A stretch of DNA of 37,203 nucleotides from a virus. Its lineage: Duplodnaviria > Caudoviricetes. Each line of letters begins with the position of its first letter. Position 1 is the stretch's first letter. The DNA lies in the IMG/VR virus record IMGVR_UViG_3300032260_000010, positions 1 through 37,203 of that record; one strand, 5' to 3'. A model generated the notes under the pieces. The model worked only from the letters and a program-made list of their open reading frames with translations, searched no databases and had not been told where the DNA came from. Below, one piece after another: positions 27,770-36,304 of this stretch. The translations under genes were made by a program, and so were the position numbers.

Positions 27770-28218
27770 GCAGCCACGGGCCTTACGCTGTCATACGCGA
27801 CCCGCGCCCGGATTACTGGCTTCACGAGCCGATCCCGCTCCATGGGCCTGCCCCACGGCCATACAAGGGGCTGCGACCAGCAGAACAGCTGGGAGCCCTC
27901 GCTGTGCAGCACGCCGGCCAGTTTGGCAACAGGGTGGGTAACGGTGTGCGTAACCTCGCCTCGGAGGCTGACTTGGCGGCGCTCGACGAGTGGATGGTCG
28001 CTATCGGCGCCACCAGCTGCGAAGTCGGTATCCCCGCCGCGGGTCTCGGGGGCGGAACGCTGTGGTGGCAGGTTCTCACAACTAGCCGAGTGTACGTGGT
28101 GAAGACGCGTGACGGCACCGTGCTGTCCCTGGGTGAACAGGTGTGGCCGTCGCCGCGCACCAAACCCGACACGTCGTCGCATCTGCCCGCAGGCCAATTC
28201 CGTGGGCGGCTTCGGTGA
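27766..28218 (+). CDS. Hypothetical protein
   Basis: GTGA overlaps on both sides. Confidence 0.55.
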   Translation: MSSHGPYAVIRDPRPDYWLHEPIPLHGPAPRPYKGLRPAEQLGALAVQHAGQFGNRVGNGVRNLASEADLAALDEWMVAIGATSCEVGIPAAGLGGGTLWWQVLTTSRVYVVKTRDGTVLSLGEQVWPSPRTKPDTSSHLPAGQFRGRLR

Positions 28219-28580
28219 GCGGCCCGGAGTCGGTGCTCCAGGCGCAGGTGTGCGAGGTGCTCGAGCTGTGCGGGTGGGAGTGGCGGCACGTGAGTGCGAC
28301 CGCACCCATCGCGGGTGGCGGGTGGCGCCCGGACCCTGACGCACGCGACCTCCCCGACCTCATGTGCTGGCGCACCGACCGACCAGGCGTGTGCATGCTC
28401 GAACTGAAGACCGGCACCCGGAAGCTCACCGACGGGCAGTCAGCACTCCTTATGGCGTGGCGAGCTGCGGGTGTGCCGTGCTGGGTGGTCCGCGAGGAGG
28501 ACGTGACCGATGTGCCGCGGATGTTGCAGGCCGCCGTGGGGCATTGCCTCCTAGCGGGTCCGTTCGTACCACCGATCTGA
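28215..28580 (+). CDS. VRR-NUC (PD-(D/E)XK) nuclease
   Basis: ESVLQ...GW...PDL...ELKT...LTDGQ. Confidence 0.85.
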   Translation: MSGPESVLQAQVCEVLELCGWEWRHVSATAPIAGGGWRPDPDARDLPDLMCWRTDRPGVCMLELKTGTRKLTDGQSALLMAWRAAGVPCWVVREEDVTDVPRMLQAAVGHCLLAGPFVPPI

Positions 28581-28700
28581 CCGCTATCGTGCACGGTGCG
28601 GGCCACCCGGTCCGCGCTTGTGGCAGTGACCAGGGCCCGCCTCACATCGTCTAGGGCCGGTGTGAGGCGGGCCCATCCGCGCCCGGCCTAAGATCGCCGC

Positions 28701-28877
28701 ATGGACACACCAACAGACACATCGCTCCCATGTGGATGCCGGATCACATTCGCGGTGATCGACGGGGTCCGCACCATGCAGCTCGCAGCGTGCTGGCCAG
28801 GGTGCTCTGCAGTGCGGTCCACGTTCGAAGAGGCCGGCCGCCAGGGCGAGCACTCCGAGATCCGCGTCGACCGGTAG
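28701..28877 (+). CDS. Small Cys-containing leaderless protein (58 aa; not in ORF track)
   Basis: TAAGAT 28689-28694, ATG 6 nt later. Begins MDTPTDTSLPCGCRITF and is followed by a hairpin. Confidence 0.55.
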   Translation: MDTPTDTSLPCGCRITFAVIDGVRTMQLAACWPGCSAVRSTFEEAGRQGEHSEIRVDR

Positions 28878-28896
28878 CCGGGGTAGCGTGCGTGCC

Positions 28897-28939
28897 GGGT
28901 CCCGTGTGCGTGGTGCGTGGTGTGCAGCGCACGGGACCC
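28897..28939 (+). terminator. Hairpin (putative terminator)
   Basis: GGGTCCCGTGT...GCACGGGACCC. Confidence 0.45.
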
Positions 28940-28947
28940 ACTCACGA

Positions 28948-28980
28948 TGTGGTTGACACGTCGGTTGTGGGGCGTATGAT
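28948..28980 (+). promoter_or_regulatory. Repeated element with near-consensus sigma-A promoter
   Basis: TGTGGTTGACA, 16 bp, TATGAT. Confidence 0.75.
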
Positions 28981-29015
28981 GGGGTGTAGCACACCACCAC
29001 ATGGAGGCCGCCACG

Positions 29016-29384
29016 ATGGCACCCCGCAAGAAGACCCACACGCCACGCAAGACCAACCCGGATGCGTTCCAACGGCGCGAGCACGCACCCGACGAGCTGC
29101 GCCACACAGGCATCACGTCAGCCTTGTTCGACCGCATCGAGGCGTTGCACCTCGCTCACCCAGCACGTTTGAACGACACACCAGGGCACCAGCGGATGGT
29201 GACCCCGCAGATGTGGGCCGACGCCATAGTGGCCTGGGCGCTCCCCGTGTGGGAAGCGCAAGCCCAAGACGCGGTCATAGCGCACATGATCGAGCACCGG
29301 CGTCCCCCGCGCCCTGCGGAACTCGCGGAGCGCATCAACGCACACGCAGCGCCCGCCGAGGCCAGCAACGGTGAGGCGTCATGA
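29016..29384 (+). CDS. Hypothetical protein
   Basis: GGAGG at 29003-29007 precedes ATG 29016. Confidence 0.7.
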   Translation: MAPRKKTHTPRKTNPDAFQRREHAPDELRHTGITSALFDRIEALHLAHPARLNDTPGHQRMVTPQMWADAIVAWALPVWEAQAQDAVIAHMIEHRRPPRPAELAERINAHAAPAEASNGEAS

Positions 29385-29761
29385 CCGGCGCGTTTCGCAT
29401 CCTGGCGTTGGCAGGGTTCGGGCTCGCCGGCGCCGCCGCCATCCTGTGGGCAGCCAACAACTGGCGGGCGGCGAAGCGCCGCCCCCGCCCGGTCGTGGCC
29501 CCCACGATGGAACTCTGCGAGCTGATGGCGCTGTACGCCCGGCACTCGCGCGGTGAGACCAGCACCGTGCAGCTGCTCAGCGACGTGACAGCGTTCGTTG
29601 ACCGCTTCGACGGGTCGGTGGACACCACGTTCGAGTGGGCCACAGTGTTGTTTCTCGCTCACATGGGCGGCCACTACGCCGCCCACGCCGGCATGCACCC
29701 CGACGTGCTCGTCACATCAGCGATCGAAGCCTTGGAAACGTTCGGGAGTGACGGCCGATGA
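29381..29761 (+). CDS. Membrane-anchored hypothetical protein
   Basis: N-terminal hydrophobic helix and ATGA overlap. Confidence 0.65.
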   Translation: MTGAFRILALAGFGLAGAAAILWAANNWRAAKRRPRPVVAPTMELCELMALYARHSRGETSTVQLLSDVTAFVDRFDGSVDTTFEWATVLFLAHMGGHYAAHAGMHPDVLVTSAIEALETFGSDGR

Positions 29762-30459
29762 TGGTTCTCGGGTTCTTGGCGATCGGCGCCGTTTTCGGAA
29801 CCGTTTTCGGTTGGGCTCTTGTCAGGCGTTCTAAGGCCGCGGACCACCGTTCGGCACCTGACGTACCGTCAACCCCCCGGGAGGGGCCGAGAGGTGCGTC
29901 TATGGCGGAATACGAGGCCGCCTGGCTCGAGGCCCTGAAGCGACCAGTGACCGTTGAACGGTCGACCGTGGCCATGGCCGTGGCGTTCGTCGCGCTCGTC
30001 GCTACGGAAACCATCCCAGGTGCGATCATGCTCGGGATGCTCTACGCCGGAGCGTTCGCCGTGGCTTCCCTCCCGACCATGGACCACACACCCGTCGACC
30101 TCGCCCGTCGGCCTGCCGCCGAGCCCGGCGTCTACATCATCCGCCACACCGGCAACGCCGGCACTCATTGGAAGATCGGCCGGTCGAAAGACGTCGCCCG
30201 ACGGTGGACCACCTACGAGCGACAGATCCGGGCTGAGCGGACGCTCAGCCCGCACCCGGTCCGGATCGAGTTCGAGGGGTTTGTGCCCGTCGGCAGGGCC
30301 GGGGCGGAGAAGCGGCTTGAGCGGGACCTGCACGCCAGGTTCAAAGCGGACCGGGTGACGGCGAAGGGCGCTGGTCGGGAGCTGTTCAGGCGGACCCCGG
30401 GGGGTGAGCTCGACCTGTGGCTCACCGCCCTGGGTGTGGCCCCCGACCGGGCTGTCTGA
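29758..30459 (+). CDS. TM-anchored GIY-YIG (T5orf172-like) domain protein
   Basis: Hydrophobic helices, then GVYII...KIGRSKDVARR...LERDLHARF...GRELF. Confidence 0.7.
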   Translation: MMVLGFLAIGAVFGTVFGWALVRRSKAADHRSAPDVPSTPREGPRGASMAEYEAAWLEALKRPVTVERSTVAMAVAFVALVATETIPGAIMLGMLYAGAFAVASLPTMDHTPVDLARRPAAEPGVYIIRHTGNAGTHWKIGRSKDVARRWTTYERQIRAERTLSPHPVRIEFEGFVPVGRAGAEKRLERDLHARFKADRVTAKGAGRELFRRTPGGELDLWLTALGVAPDRAV

Positions 30460-30598
30460 TGGCGGGCTGGGGTTGCGCCGTGGCCTGTGGCCTGGCCCGG
30501 TTCGTGCGCCTCGGGCGGCCCCATCCCGTCCGAACCCCCCCTAGAGGGGGGTTCGGCCGTAGGGGGTCGTGCCTAGGGCACGGCCGGGGGCCGTCCGC

Positions 30599-31207
30599 AT
30601 GAGCCTCGACGACGTGAAAGACCAGCTCAGCGACCTGGCACCCCCGGACGGGGGGGTCGTGCCTGAGGGTGATGACCCGCAGGGCAGGCACCACCCCCCG
30701 GCCGCCCCCCTGACCCTGCCCTCGATGCGGGGCCCGGGGGCCGTTCTAGCGGTGCTCGCGGTGTGTGTCCTCGGGTGGCTTGCGTTGGTGTCCACGGCCG
30801 AGAAAATGGTGGCCCCCGACAGCGGCGACCGCCCCCGAACGAGGGTCGGGCCAGGCACCTGGAAAGACGGTCCCGTTATCCGCCTGACACCCGCCACGAC
30901 AACGACGACGGCCGCCCGGTGGGAGGCCCGTCCCGATGGTTGCGCCCCGATCCGGGCGTTCGACATCTGCGACAGAGGAGACGAAGAAATGATCACGAAA
31001 CGATGTGCGATCGCGGTAGCCGCGGGGGTGGTGGTGGCGGGGTGTCATGTGCCCGGCCAGGCGGTCCACCCGGCAGCGGACGCGGCGGTCGAGAGGATCG
31101 ACCGTGTGTTCCCTCGGGCGGGTCTGCCCGGCGACGACCCCGGCTCGTATTGCGCCGTGGGGTTCATGGTCTGCGACGGCCAGCGCACCGGAGGAGCCCA
31201 CCGGTGA
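30599..31207 (+). CDS. Putative membrane/secreted protein (start uncertain)
   Basis: Two hydrophobic segments. Alternative starts at 30725 and 30989. Confidence 0.5.
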   Translation: MSLDDVKDQLSDLAPPDGGVVPEGDDPQGRHHPPAAPLTLPSMRGPGAVLAVLAVCVLGWLALVSTAEKMVAPDSGDRPRTRVGPGTWKDGPVIRLTPATTTTTAARWEARPDGCAPIRAFDICDRGDEEMITKRCAIAVAAGVVVAGCHVPGQAVHPAADAAVERIDRVFPRAGLPGDDPGSYCAVGFMVCDGQRTGGAHR

Positions 31208-31398
31208 GCCGGTGGTGGTTGGATCGGGCGATCGTGAACGCCCGAGCGGACATCTTAGATTGGGAGGGCGCTGTGACCGACGACCTCGGTGAGGAGGGTG
31301 TGAAGTCGCAGGCGGTCCTCGATCGGGTCCAGGCGGCGCGCCGGGAGCATCTTGCCAGTCTGTTGCGGGATCGGGCCCGGCTACTTGGACAACCTTGA
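31204..31398 (+). CDS. Small hypothetical protein
   Basis: GGAGGAG RBS and GTGA overlap. Confidence 0.6.
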   Translation: MSRWWLDRAIVNARADILDWEGAVTDDLGEEGVKSQAVLDRVQAARREHLASLLRDRARLLGQP

Positions 31399-31440
31399 CG
31401 TTTGCGGTTGACATGCGTGGTTGAATGTGGTTGAATTGGG
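31399..31440 (+). promoter_or_regulatory. Repeated promoter/operator element with three half-sites
   Basis: TGCGGTTGAC 31403, CGTGGTTGAA 31416, TGTGGTTGAA 31426. TTGACA-17-TTGAAT. Confidence 0.75.
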
Positions 31441-31467
31441 GTACACACCACGACGGAAGTTGGACCC

Positions 31468-31779
31468 ATGAGCTACATGATTATCTCGACCCTCGATCTG
31501 CTTTGCGCAGCGAACCTCGGTGCCCCCGAAGGGGTTGAAGTCACCGAAGCCGACGTGTACCGGGCGGTCGATCACTGGGTGTTCCGGAACCCGGCCCACG
31601 GCCGGTCGGTGTTCGTGGTCGAGACCGCCGCCGACGCTAAGGACCGGATCCGTATCCGGGGCCTGGCCGACGCCGAGCGGGTGCACCCCGATCTGGCCAC
31701 ATCGACCGGTTGGATCGCTGAAGCGCAAAGCCTCGCCCAGGCCAGGGCCGATTATCGGGCCGGTCAGCTGATCGGCTGA
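31468..31779 (+). CDS. Small hypothetical protein (103 aa)
   Basis: Lies between the promoter element and a hairpin. Confidence 0.7.
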   Translation: MSYMIISTLDLLCAANLGAPEGVEVTEADVYRAVDHWVFRNPAHGRSVFVVETAADAKDRIRIRGLADAERVHPDLATSTGWIAEAQSLAQARADYRAGQLIG

Positions 31780-31785
31780 TGTCCT

Positions 31786-31825
31786 GCGGCCGGCGTCCCT
31801 CCCACCCCCTGGGGGCGCCGGCCGT
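31786..31825 (+). terminator. Hairpin (putative terminator)
   Basis: GCGGCCGGCGTCCC...GGGGCGCCGGCCGT, a 14-bp stem with two G-U pairs. Confidence 0.55.
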
Positions 31826-32006
31826 GTCCGCCGTCGGGGGTGAGGGAGCGGTAGGAGCATGGTCAGAAAGTTGGAGCCGTGCGGGAGCTATGCGGCTTTC
31901 CGCCGGCACGAACGGGCGGGTGAGACACCCTGCGCGGCGTGTTCCGCAGCGGCCCGAGCACATCAGGCACGCATGTACCAAAACAGGAAGGCCAAGGAGG
32001 AGCAGG

Positions 32007-32180
32007 ATGTGTGAACTCATGGATGTGCTGGCTGAGCGGGACGATCTCGCGGCCGAACTCGACGACGTGAGAGTCGCCCTGGACCTGGCGGCAGCCGAGC
32101 TGGCAGACGCACGCGAGGTCACATCGCTCGACGAGGCGATCATTCGTGCGCTTTCCTCGATGCTGGCCGCCGGGGGCTGA
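32007..32180 (+). CDS. Small coiled-coil protein
   Basis: AAGGAGGAG RBS before ATG 32007. Confidence 0.6.
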   Translation: MCELMDVLAERDDLAAELDDVRVALDLAAAELADAREVTSLDEAIIRALSSMLAAGG

Positions 32181-32183
32181 GGC

Positions 32184-32576
32184 GTGTCGAAGGGTGCGCT
32201 CCTCGTCGCTGGTGGCGGGACCGCGGCGGTCGGGCTCGGTCTGTCCGGGTGGTGGGAACTCGCCGTCGCGGCGGTGTTCGCAGTCACAGCGGTGACGCTG
32301 ATCGGGGGTGCGCTCCGCACGCTTCTCGCCACGAAATTCGGGGTTGAGAAGTCGTTCCAGGCGGTCCTCCACGCAGCGTGGTGGGTTCCGATCGGGATGT
32401 TGTGGGTCGGGTTTGTGCTCGCCGGCGGGCACCGGTTCTGGCTCCCAGGCCAGATCCTCGCGGCCTTTGCCGGTGACCGCACCCAACTCGTGATCATCCT
32501 CATCAAGGCCGGCGGGACGCTAATCGGCGGGACGTGGCTCCCGCTATGGACCATGAGTAAAGGATCGAGACTGTGA
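32184..32576 (+). CDS. Multi-pass membrane protein
   Basis: Three to four hydrophobic segments. Confidence 0.65.
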   Translation: MSKGALLVAGGGTAAVGLGLSGWWELAVAAVFAVTAVTLIGGALRTLLATKFGVEKSFQAVLHAAWWVPIGMLWVGFVLAGGHRFWLPGQILAAFAGDRTQLVIILIKAGGTLIGGTWLPLWTMSKGSRL

Positions 32577-32824
32577 GCGCACGCGAAGAATGGTGGCACG
32601 ACACCGACGATCTCGACGAGATCATCGACCGGGAAACGAAACTCGACGCGGTCTACCGGGCGGACCGCCGGTTCATCGGGGGCCCGCGGATAGCAGCGAA
32701 AGCCGACCTGAAATGTGTGCGCGGCCACCTGGTCGCGACGTTGGCGTTGCGGCGCGTCGGCGGGTTCTGCCCCGTGTGCTGGGCCAAAGGCAACCGGGTC
32801 CGCGACTTCACGCGACTCCGATGA
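32573..32824 (+). CDS. Small Zn-finger-like protein
   Basis: CxxGH...CPVC and GTGA overlap. Confidence 0.6.
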   Translation: MSAREEWWHDTDDLDEIIDRETKLDAVYRADRRFIGGPRIAAKADLKCVRGHLVATLALRRVGGFCPVCWAKGNRVRDFTRLR

Positions 32825-33837
32825 TCGTCAATCTCTTCGCTGGCCACGGTGTCGACGTCGGTGCTCGGATGGCAGGTCTTCCCGACGGCGTCGGGTTCGA
32901 GCTCGATGGCGACACGTGTGCGACCAGGGCCATCCATGGGATGCCGACCATCCGAGCCGACGTGTCGACCTGGCCGCTCGAGCCACTCCGGGGCCGGGTG
33001 TCTGGTCTCTGGGCCTCCCCGCCCTGCCAAGACTGGTCGCTAGCAGGCTCCCGGACCGAGCGGGCCGGCCGCACTGGCTGGCTCGTCGACGAACCGTTGC
33101 GCTGGGCTGAGGCGCTCGAACCAGAGTGGATCGTCTGCGAGCAAGTGCCGCCAGCGCTCAAAGTGTGGAAGTCCCACGTCGAGCGGCTCGAGGAGCTCGG
33201 ATGGTCGACGTGGGCAGGCATTCTCAACTCTGCGGATTACGGTGTGCCTCAGACCCGCAAGCGAGCATTCCTTTTAGCCCGGAGGGGGCGGCCGCCCGTA
33301 CCTCCTCGACCCACTCATGTTGCCCCGAAGAACCGGGACCCGCAACTTTCGCTACTCGATGCCGAGCGCCGCCCGTGGGTGACCATGGCCGACGCCCTCG
33401 GGTGGCCGTCATCGGCAGAGGTGCGCAGCTGGCGAGGAGCAGGCATGGTGGCTCGTCATGGGACTCGCCCGCCATGTATGGGCGATCAGCCGGCGCCCAC
33501 GCTGACCACGGCACCGGGCCGGCGCTGGAAGATCCTTCACACGAACAGGGGTCAGCGGGAAGACGGCTCCCGCCAGGTCATCGATGCCTTGGCCAACCCT
33601 GCGCCCACGTTCACGGCCAGGTCTGGCGGACAGTGGAAGATCGAACGTCGCCCCGGTCGCCCGTCGTCGCAGTTCTCGAAGGATCCCGTGAGAGTCACGC
33701 TGGCCGAAGCTCTAACCCTTCAGTCCTATCCTGCGGGCTTCGCCGTGGCTGGCTCCAAGACGTCCCGGTTTCGGCAGGTCGGCAACGCCGTCCCGCCGCT
33801 ACTGGCCCGACGGATATTAGAGAGTGTGGTGCGATGA
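32821..33837 (+). CDS. DNA (cytosine-5) methyltransferase
   Basis: LFAG.G, SPPCQ, EQV, DYGVPQTRKR, LQSYP and QVGNAVPP motifs. Confidence 0.92.
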   Translation: MIVNLFAGHGVDVGARMAGLPDGVGFELDGDTCATRAIHGMPTIRADVSTWPLEPLRGRVSGLWASPPCQDWSLAGSRTERAGRTGWLVDEPLRWAEALEPEWIVCEQVPPALKVWKSHVERLEELGWSTWAGILNSADYGVPQTRKRAFLLARRGRPPVPPRPTHVAPKNRDPQLSLLDAERRPWVTMADALGWPSSAEVRSWRGAGMVARHGTRPPCMGDQPAPTLTTAPGRRWKILHTNRGQREDGSRQVIDALANPAPTFTARSGGQWKIERRPGRPSSQFSKDPVRVTLAEALTLQSYPAGFAVAGSKTSRFRQVGNAVPPLLARRILESVVR

Positions 33838-35414
33838 GCCAGGTCGCCCGGTTCGAGAAGGCGTGGGCGGCCGCGTGCGAACACGCCGGCCTCGGGAAAT
33901 CCCACACATCTCGGGCGAAGTGGGGTGGCGCCGAGACGAAGACCGTGTCGCTCCCCACGATCACAGGCCCAGCGAAGAAAGTTGCACGCGCCGGGTTCGA
34001 GTGGGCGTGCAAACCCGCGGCAGGTGGCACGATCGACCAAATCAACATGGCCGGCGAGACCCTCGAAGCCGAGCTCGGGGTCCACTCGATCGTTGTCCAC
34101 CGTGGCAGCACGGCCTCGGCTGGGCGTCTCGTCGTTCATTTCGCTCCGCCGTTCCCAGCCACGATTCCGTGGCAGGTCCCCGGGGAGTGGTCGCTTGACG
34201 TCCCGCTCGGGCTCCGGGCCGACGGGAAACCATTCGGTGTGCGGATCGGGCACGCCCCCCACCTGCTCGGCGGAGGAACAACCGGATCCGGGAAATCGGT
34301 TCTCGCTCGATCGCTTATCGCTACAGCAGCGTGTCTCGAAGGTGTCGAGTTGTGGGGGTGCGACCCGAAAGTCGCGGAGCTAGCCCAATGGGAACCCCGG
34401 TTCTCGGAAATCGCTGTCGATATCGAAGCGATCGAAGATCTGCTGGGGCGGGCATGCGCGGAGAAAGATCGGCGGATGCGGGTGATCGCAAGTGCTGGGG
34501 CCACAGATCTCGACGGTTTCTGCGCCGCTAGCGGTGCGCCGTGGGTGGAGGAGATGCCGTGGGTGGTACTCGTTCTCGACGAGCTGGCGATGCCGATGGC
34601 GGACCGGCAGGGGTGCAGGCCGAGGCTGTTCGAGCTGGCGCAACAAGCGCGCGCCGCTGGAATCCAGCTCGTTTCGCTGACCCAATCACCTGGCGTCGAC
34701 GTGGTCCCGACACCGTTCCGGATCAATCATGCGGCGCGGTGGGTGGGGCTGTGTAACGGGCCGAACGAGGTCGAGATCATGATCGGCTCGAAGGATCTCG
34801 CGAAGCGTGCGCCGGCTTGGATGTTGCCACCGGATTCGGGTGAGGCGTTTTGGCGGTCAGGCGCAGGGAATCAGGTCCATCATGTGCGCGGGTCGTTTCT
34901 TGACCCGTCAGACATCGGCCGGGTGTGCGCGGCGTCGTTGTCGGAGAAACCGGCCCCGTCGTTGCCTGGGTGCGGGCCGATCGTGTCGGGCCCGGATGTG
35001 GCTGGGGCCGAGCGCCACGCCCGGGCCCAGGGACCGGGGCCGGCGGCGGTCGAGCCTGGTCTGGTCGAACAGGTCGCCGCCCGCGTCGTCGAGATGTTCG
35101 AAGCGAGGGCCGAATCGGGGGGGCTCGCCGCAGGCCAGGCATCGGCTGCGGCTGAGGCCCCCCGGCCGGCGGACCACAATACCCCGACCCCGATCGGGAA
35201 GGGCCGCCGGAAAGCGCCGGCAGGGTTCCCCGCGCCCGACGCCGCCGGTCGTGCCGCAGGGCACCGGATAGCTGCGTGGGAACTCCACGGCGACCGGCCT
35301 GCATGCGCCGGATGCGGGCAGATCCTCGACTGGGCCGGCGACGTCCGCGTCGACCCCGCCGATCTCACAACCCGATGCAAGCCGTGCATGGGCCAACACA
35401 GAGGAGCAGCATGA
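33834..35414 (+). CDS. FtsK/SpoIIIE (TraB-like) ATPase with C-terminal Zn ribbon
   Basis: PHLLGGGTTGSGKS (Walker A), DPK..E, VLVLDE (Walker B), ARAAGI...TQSP, and C-terminal CAGC...CKPC. Confidence 0.88.
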   Translation: MSQVARFEKAWAAACEHAGLGKSHTSRAKWGGAETKTVSLPTITGPAKKVARAGFEWACKPAAGGTIDQINMAGETLEAELGVHSIVVHRGSTASAGRLVVHFAPPFPATIPWQVPGEWSLDVPLGLRADGKPFGVRIGHAPHLLGGGTTGSGKSVLARSLIATAACLEGVELWGCDPKVAELAQWEPRFSEIAVDIEAIEDLLGRACAEKDRRMRVIASAGATDLDGFCAASGAPWVEEMPWVVLVLDELAMPMADRQGCRPRLFELAQQARAAGIQLVSLTQSPGVDVVPTPFRINHAARWVGLCNGPNEVEIMIGSKDLAKRAPAWMLPPDSGEAFWRSGAGNQVHHVRGSFLDPSDIGRVCAASLSEKPAPSLPGCGPIVSGPDVAGAERHARAQGPGPAAVEPGLVEQVAARVVEMFEARAESGGLAAGQASAAAEAPRPADHNTPTPIGKGRRKAPAGFPAPDAAGRAAGHRIAAWELHGDRPACAGCGQILDWAGDVRVDPADLTTRCKPCMGQHRGAA

Positions 35415-35752
35415 TGAGCGGGATCGCGGGTTGGGTGGCGGGTGGGCCGATGCACGGCCAATGGGTGGAAGTCTCTGGGTCTGTGTTCCGGTGCCCGGTC
35501 CCGGAGCGGCCCGAGGCGCGCTCATGGGGCGCTTTGGCCGCCGGCTGCTCACCGGCCCAGCTTCTGGGGGAGCCCCCCATAGTTCGGTACACCGCCTACC
35601 GCATGTGGCGCAAGCCCCACTGCGGTAGGCGGGATCTCTACTGGGTGTGGGTGGTCGAGCATCACAACCCGCAGGCGGAGCGGTGGGAAGGGTCGTGGCC
35701 GAACCTCGCCCTGTGCGAATGCACCGCCCAATTCCTCAAAGGAGCAGTATGA
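35411..35752 (+). CDS. Hypothetical protein
   Basis: GAGGAG RBS and a GGPMHG motif. Confidence 0.6.
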   Translation: MMSGIAGWVAGGPMHGQWVEVSGSVFRCPVPERPEARSWGALAAGCSPAQLLGEPPIVRYTAYRMWRKPHCGRRDLYWVWVVEHHNPQAERWEGSWPNLALCECTAQFLKGAV

Positions 35753-35823
35753 ACGAGATGACCAGCCTCGACCGGCGGATCGCCGAAGTCGAACCGTTCA
35801 AATGGGAAATGAGACGGGCATAA
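35749..35823 (+). CDS. Possible 24-aa mini-ORF
   Basis: AAGGAG RBS and ATGA overlap. Ends 2 nt before the next ATG. Confidence 0.35.
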   Translation: MNEMTSLDRRIAEVEPFKWEMRRA

Positions 35824-35825
35824 GG

Positions 35826-36194
35826 ATGGGGACGAGGCAGAAGATCGATGTCGACATGGCAGAGGTTGCCCGCCTTGCTGTGACGCCGGGGGTCACGGTC
35901 CGCGACGCCGCCGCAATGTTCGGGGTGTCGTTCTCGACGATGCGTTCCCGCCTCTCCGAGCACAACATCACCTGGCAGAAAACCCCCTCCGCGCCGTCGA
36001 AACGCGAACAGATCAACATGAATCTCCTGTTGAGGTTCGGGTTGGATCGCCGTGTGTCGCAGAACGAGGCCGCCGCCCGCCTCGGCGTGACCCGCCCGAC
36101 CGTCGCCAAATACTGGGCTGAACTCGCAGCCGTCCACGAGCTCGGCCCGTGGCGTCGGGCAGGTTCGACCCCACCCGGAGACCCGATCGCATAA
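35826..36194 (+). CDS. Double-HTH DNA-binding protein (possible late regulator)
   Basis: TVRDAAAMFGVSFSTMR and SQNEAAARLGVTRPTVAKY. Confidence 0.75.
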   Translation: MGTRQKIDVDMAEVARLAVTPGVTVRDAAAMFGVSFSTMRSRLSEHNITWQKTPSAPSKREQINMNLLLRFGLDRRVSQNEAAARLGVTRPTVAKYWAELAAVHELGPWRRAGSTPPGDPIA

Positions 36195-36304
36195 CATCCG
36201 GTACATGGCACACAGAACCGGGGTCGTAGGCGAAAGCGTTTATGGTTGCGTCGAAGCCGGCACCCACCAGCTGACTTGGCTGGCCGAAGAATAAGGAGCA
36301 CCGA

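Noticed and set aside
32821-33837. Restriction-modification system
   Set aside because: No adjacent restriction endonuclease. Orphan methyltransferases are common in phages.
36195-36304. Possible riboswitch before the holin
   Set aside because: Only weak G-U-rich stems, with no family consensus that I can recognise.
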